From the NCBI GenBank assembly GCA_043228905.1, contig JBHGNT010000010.1, positions 8,184,001-8,248,000 on the forward strand: 64,000 nucleotides of DNA, written 5' to 3'. A program made the translations under genes and the position numbers. Numbering within the stretch: the first letter of the stretch is position 1; each line of letters begins with the position of its first letter. Positions 61,230-64,000 of the stretch are shown here, piece by piece. This DNA is from Azolla caroliniana. Its lineage: Eukaryota > Plantae > Polypodiophyta. The notes beneath the pieces are model-generated. The model had not been told where the DNA came from and did no database searches. It saw only the letters and a list, made by a program, of their open reading frames with translations.

Positions 61230-64000
61230 TGTCAAATATTGGTCAATAATGGACATATTCACATTTGTATCTTGGACAAACTAGATTTAGGAAAATTTTG
61301 TGAATATGTCAAAAGGCAGTTGCCCTAGCCCAATTAGCATATAATGGGGTTTATAGCCCAGTTTGTTGTTGTTGTTCATCTTCGTCACCATTCATTTGTA
61401 ACGTTGAGCTTGAATAATATAGTTACATATTGTGTGCCTCTCTCTCTCTCTCTCTCATTTTGTTGTGAGATCTTGCTTTCTTCTTATCACACATGGTGAT
61501 CTTCAGTCAAGGTGTTGTTTATGTTTCCCCACTGACGGCCTAAGTTCCCAACATCTAGTATTAGAGCAGAGGTTCTTCAACTCGCTGCCAGTTATCATTA
61601 GTCGTCAACAACATTATTGCTTCATCTTCGTTGAAGAACCCGAGTTCAAGATCTCATCTTGAGAAGAGAAAGAAAACAGAAGATTTGCACTCTACCAAGC
61701 TAGATCACTCTTAAGGTAAGCCAGTTGGCAGTACCTTGCTTTTGTGATTGCAACTGCCCACACGGGAAACTCTATCAAATTGACCTCGATCGTGCTTTAC
61801 TAGGTTAGACACTATCTACTCATTTGTTATAACCTCTCAAATAAAATCCAACTCCAGAAAACAACCCCTATCTGTGTTCATTTGGCTAGACTATACTCGG
61901 GAGGACCAATTGGCTCCGTTCCTCTAATCATCGCAGTCATTCGAAGCAAGATTGACCTCAATAATCGGCACAAAATCTATGATTGACTTCTTGAAATCGG
62001 CATCAGAATTAAATCAACCGATTCGTATCCAACTCGGTTAAGTCAAACGACAGTAGTCACTTCTGATAGAGTCAACCAATAGTCGCAACCGATTTGACTC
62101 GTGTCCAAGTCCAACTAGGATGATATCGGGGGACCTAGTCGGCTGCATCCTACCATTGCTTGTAGTCGATTCTGGATAGAGACTAACAAGCCGACACAGA
62201 TGGCATCAACATTCGGCTCATCAGGGATGAATCTAAGGAAGTTCGACGGATCAAACTTAAACTTCTGGAAAGAGCCAATGCAAGACTATCTAATAGCCAA
62301 GGGTCAAATAGATCTGATCGAGTAAGAAAACCCTCCAGAAGGAATCAAGCCAAATGAATGGATGGAACTTGATAGAATTGTCTGAGCCACCATTCGAATG
62401 CACTTGTCGGAGTTAGTGTACTTCACAGTGCAATTGTGTTCGACAACCTTTCAATTGTGGAAGACATTATCAGACACTTATGAGAACAAGGTCGCCGCCA
62501 CAAAGACATATTTGATTCGGCACCTCTACAACCTGCGGATGATAGAATCTGACTCGGTCCAGGCACACCTGAACGAGCACGAAATTTTAAGCTCCTAGAT
62601 TTCGGCTCAGGGGACGACAATCGAAAATGAACTAAGAGCAATGTTTCTCATCAGTAGTCTCCCCTCTTCGTGGGAAACTTTCGTCACAATCGTGTGCAAT
62701 GCTTCTACTGCAATTGTGAAGTATTCCGAAGTTACAAGTGTAATACTGACTGAAGTAGCTCGGAGGAAATTGTTTGCAAAAGATTCGATAGATGAAGCTT
62801 ATGTAGTACAAGGTTCGGCCGATCGACCAAACAATTGAGGAAGATGTTCTTCCGGACAACTGAACAATCAGCGAGGTTGGAGCAAGTACTGGGACAATTG
62901 AATATGCAACTAATGCAAGAATCCCGGGCACATCAAAACGGATTGGCATGCACTCAAAGCTAAGAACGATAAAGCTCAACGAGTTGATCAGAAGAGTGGC
63001 CGGCATGAGGAGGTCAATTACGTCGGTGCTTTAGCCGAAGTATTGTCCAATGACCCAAACATACTATCCATTGGATACCTCGTCGAATCAGAAGTTCTGC
63101 CTATGACTAAGGAATCGAGCACATGGCTCTTGGATTCGGGTGCATCCTACCATGTGCTCCCTCACAGATCCCAATTTCGGGAATATTTGGTCTGACACTC
63201 TGACTCAATATGAGTTGGAAATTGGTAGCATTGCGCTATTATTGGAATCAGCACTATAGAACTCAATCTCCTAGGTGGTTCTACATTAGTACTACACAAT
63301 GTCTGACGTGTACCTGAGCTCTCAACACTTTTGATCTTAGTCGAACAATTGGACAAAGATGGCATCCATGATGGCTTCTCATTAGGAGGATGGACACTCC
63401 ACAAGGGGAACCTCCTACTTGCTCGAGGACCGAAAGTACATTCTCTGTACCTGTTTTATGTCACACTAAGAGAGGGTGACCTGTTCCTGGTTGATATTCA
63501 TGTGTCATCATTATGGCATGGAAGACTTAGACACCTCAGCAAGGTCGACATCACGCATTTATCTAGACCCAAATATATCCCCAAACTCTCCTTCTCATAT
63601 CACCTCCTACTAGATCAGTTTCATTGACAACTCAACTCAAAAGGTGTGGGGTTATTCGATTAAAACCAAAGATCCAATGTTCTCGATCTTTTCCGAATGG
63701 CTCGCTATGGTAGAGAACTAGTCTAGTCGAATGCTGAAATGCCTTCAGACCAACAATGGAGGAGAGTTCAAGTCTGAAGAATTCGTCAAATTTTGCCAAC
63801 AATGCGGCATTCGACGTGAATACACGACACCCTATAGTCCGGAGCAAAACGGAATTGACGAGCGCACGAATCAGAAAATTCAAGAACAGAATAGTTTCCA
63901 TGCTCCAACACTCCGGACTGTCGAATGGCTTCTAGGCAAAGGCCGTACTTACGTCAGTACACATTATTAACATGTCACTGAGTAGGCCTCTAGGACTTCA
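61230..64000 (+). mobile_element. Element I2: old degenerate relative of copia I1 (LTR 61230-61553, PBS 61556-61567, gag from 62200), runs off the window
   Basis: Peptides match I1 (TLSDTYENKVAATK, TNNGGEFKSEEF) with many stops; decayed PBS TAGTATTAGAGC. Confidence 0.9.

Overview
Plant nuclear DNA, most likely from a non-seed land plant such as a fern or lycophyte (inferred from the TE lineages). There is one host gene: a 4-exon P-class PPR gene on the minus strand (1233-4278, 728 aa predicted). From about 1.5 kb upstream of its ATG (5747) to the window end is a ~58 kb nest of retrotransposons. The nest holds many members of a tRNA-Trp-primed non-chromovirus Ty3/gypsy family (full-length, non-autonomous and solo-LTR copies), a self-priming Tcn1-like chromovirus, a tRNA-iMet-primed chromovirus, several Ty1/copia copies (one with an intact 1337-aa ORF and near-identical LTRs) and degenerate LINEs. 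Main signals: (1) the Trp-primed family makes 4-bp TSDs centred on CpG; (2) it has a conserved GGATTTT slippery site plus a covarying pseudoknot between protease and RT; (3) two unrelated gypsy lineages carry antisense tRNA-derived Pol III promoter boxes in their LTRs; (4) the Tcn1-like element has an 11-nt Tf1-type self-priming signal and its own -1 frameshift signal; (5) the second chromovirus has five repeated hairpins inside a probable leader intron. Coordinates were read by eye and family names are from recognition, not database searches.
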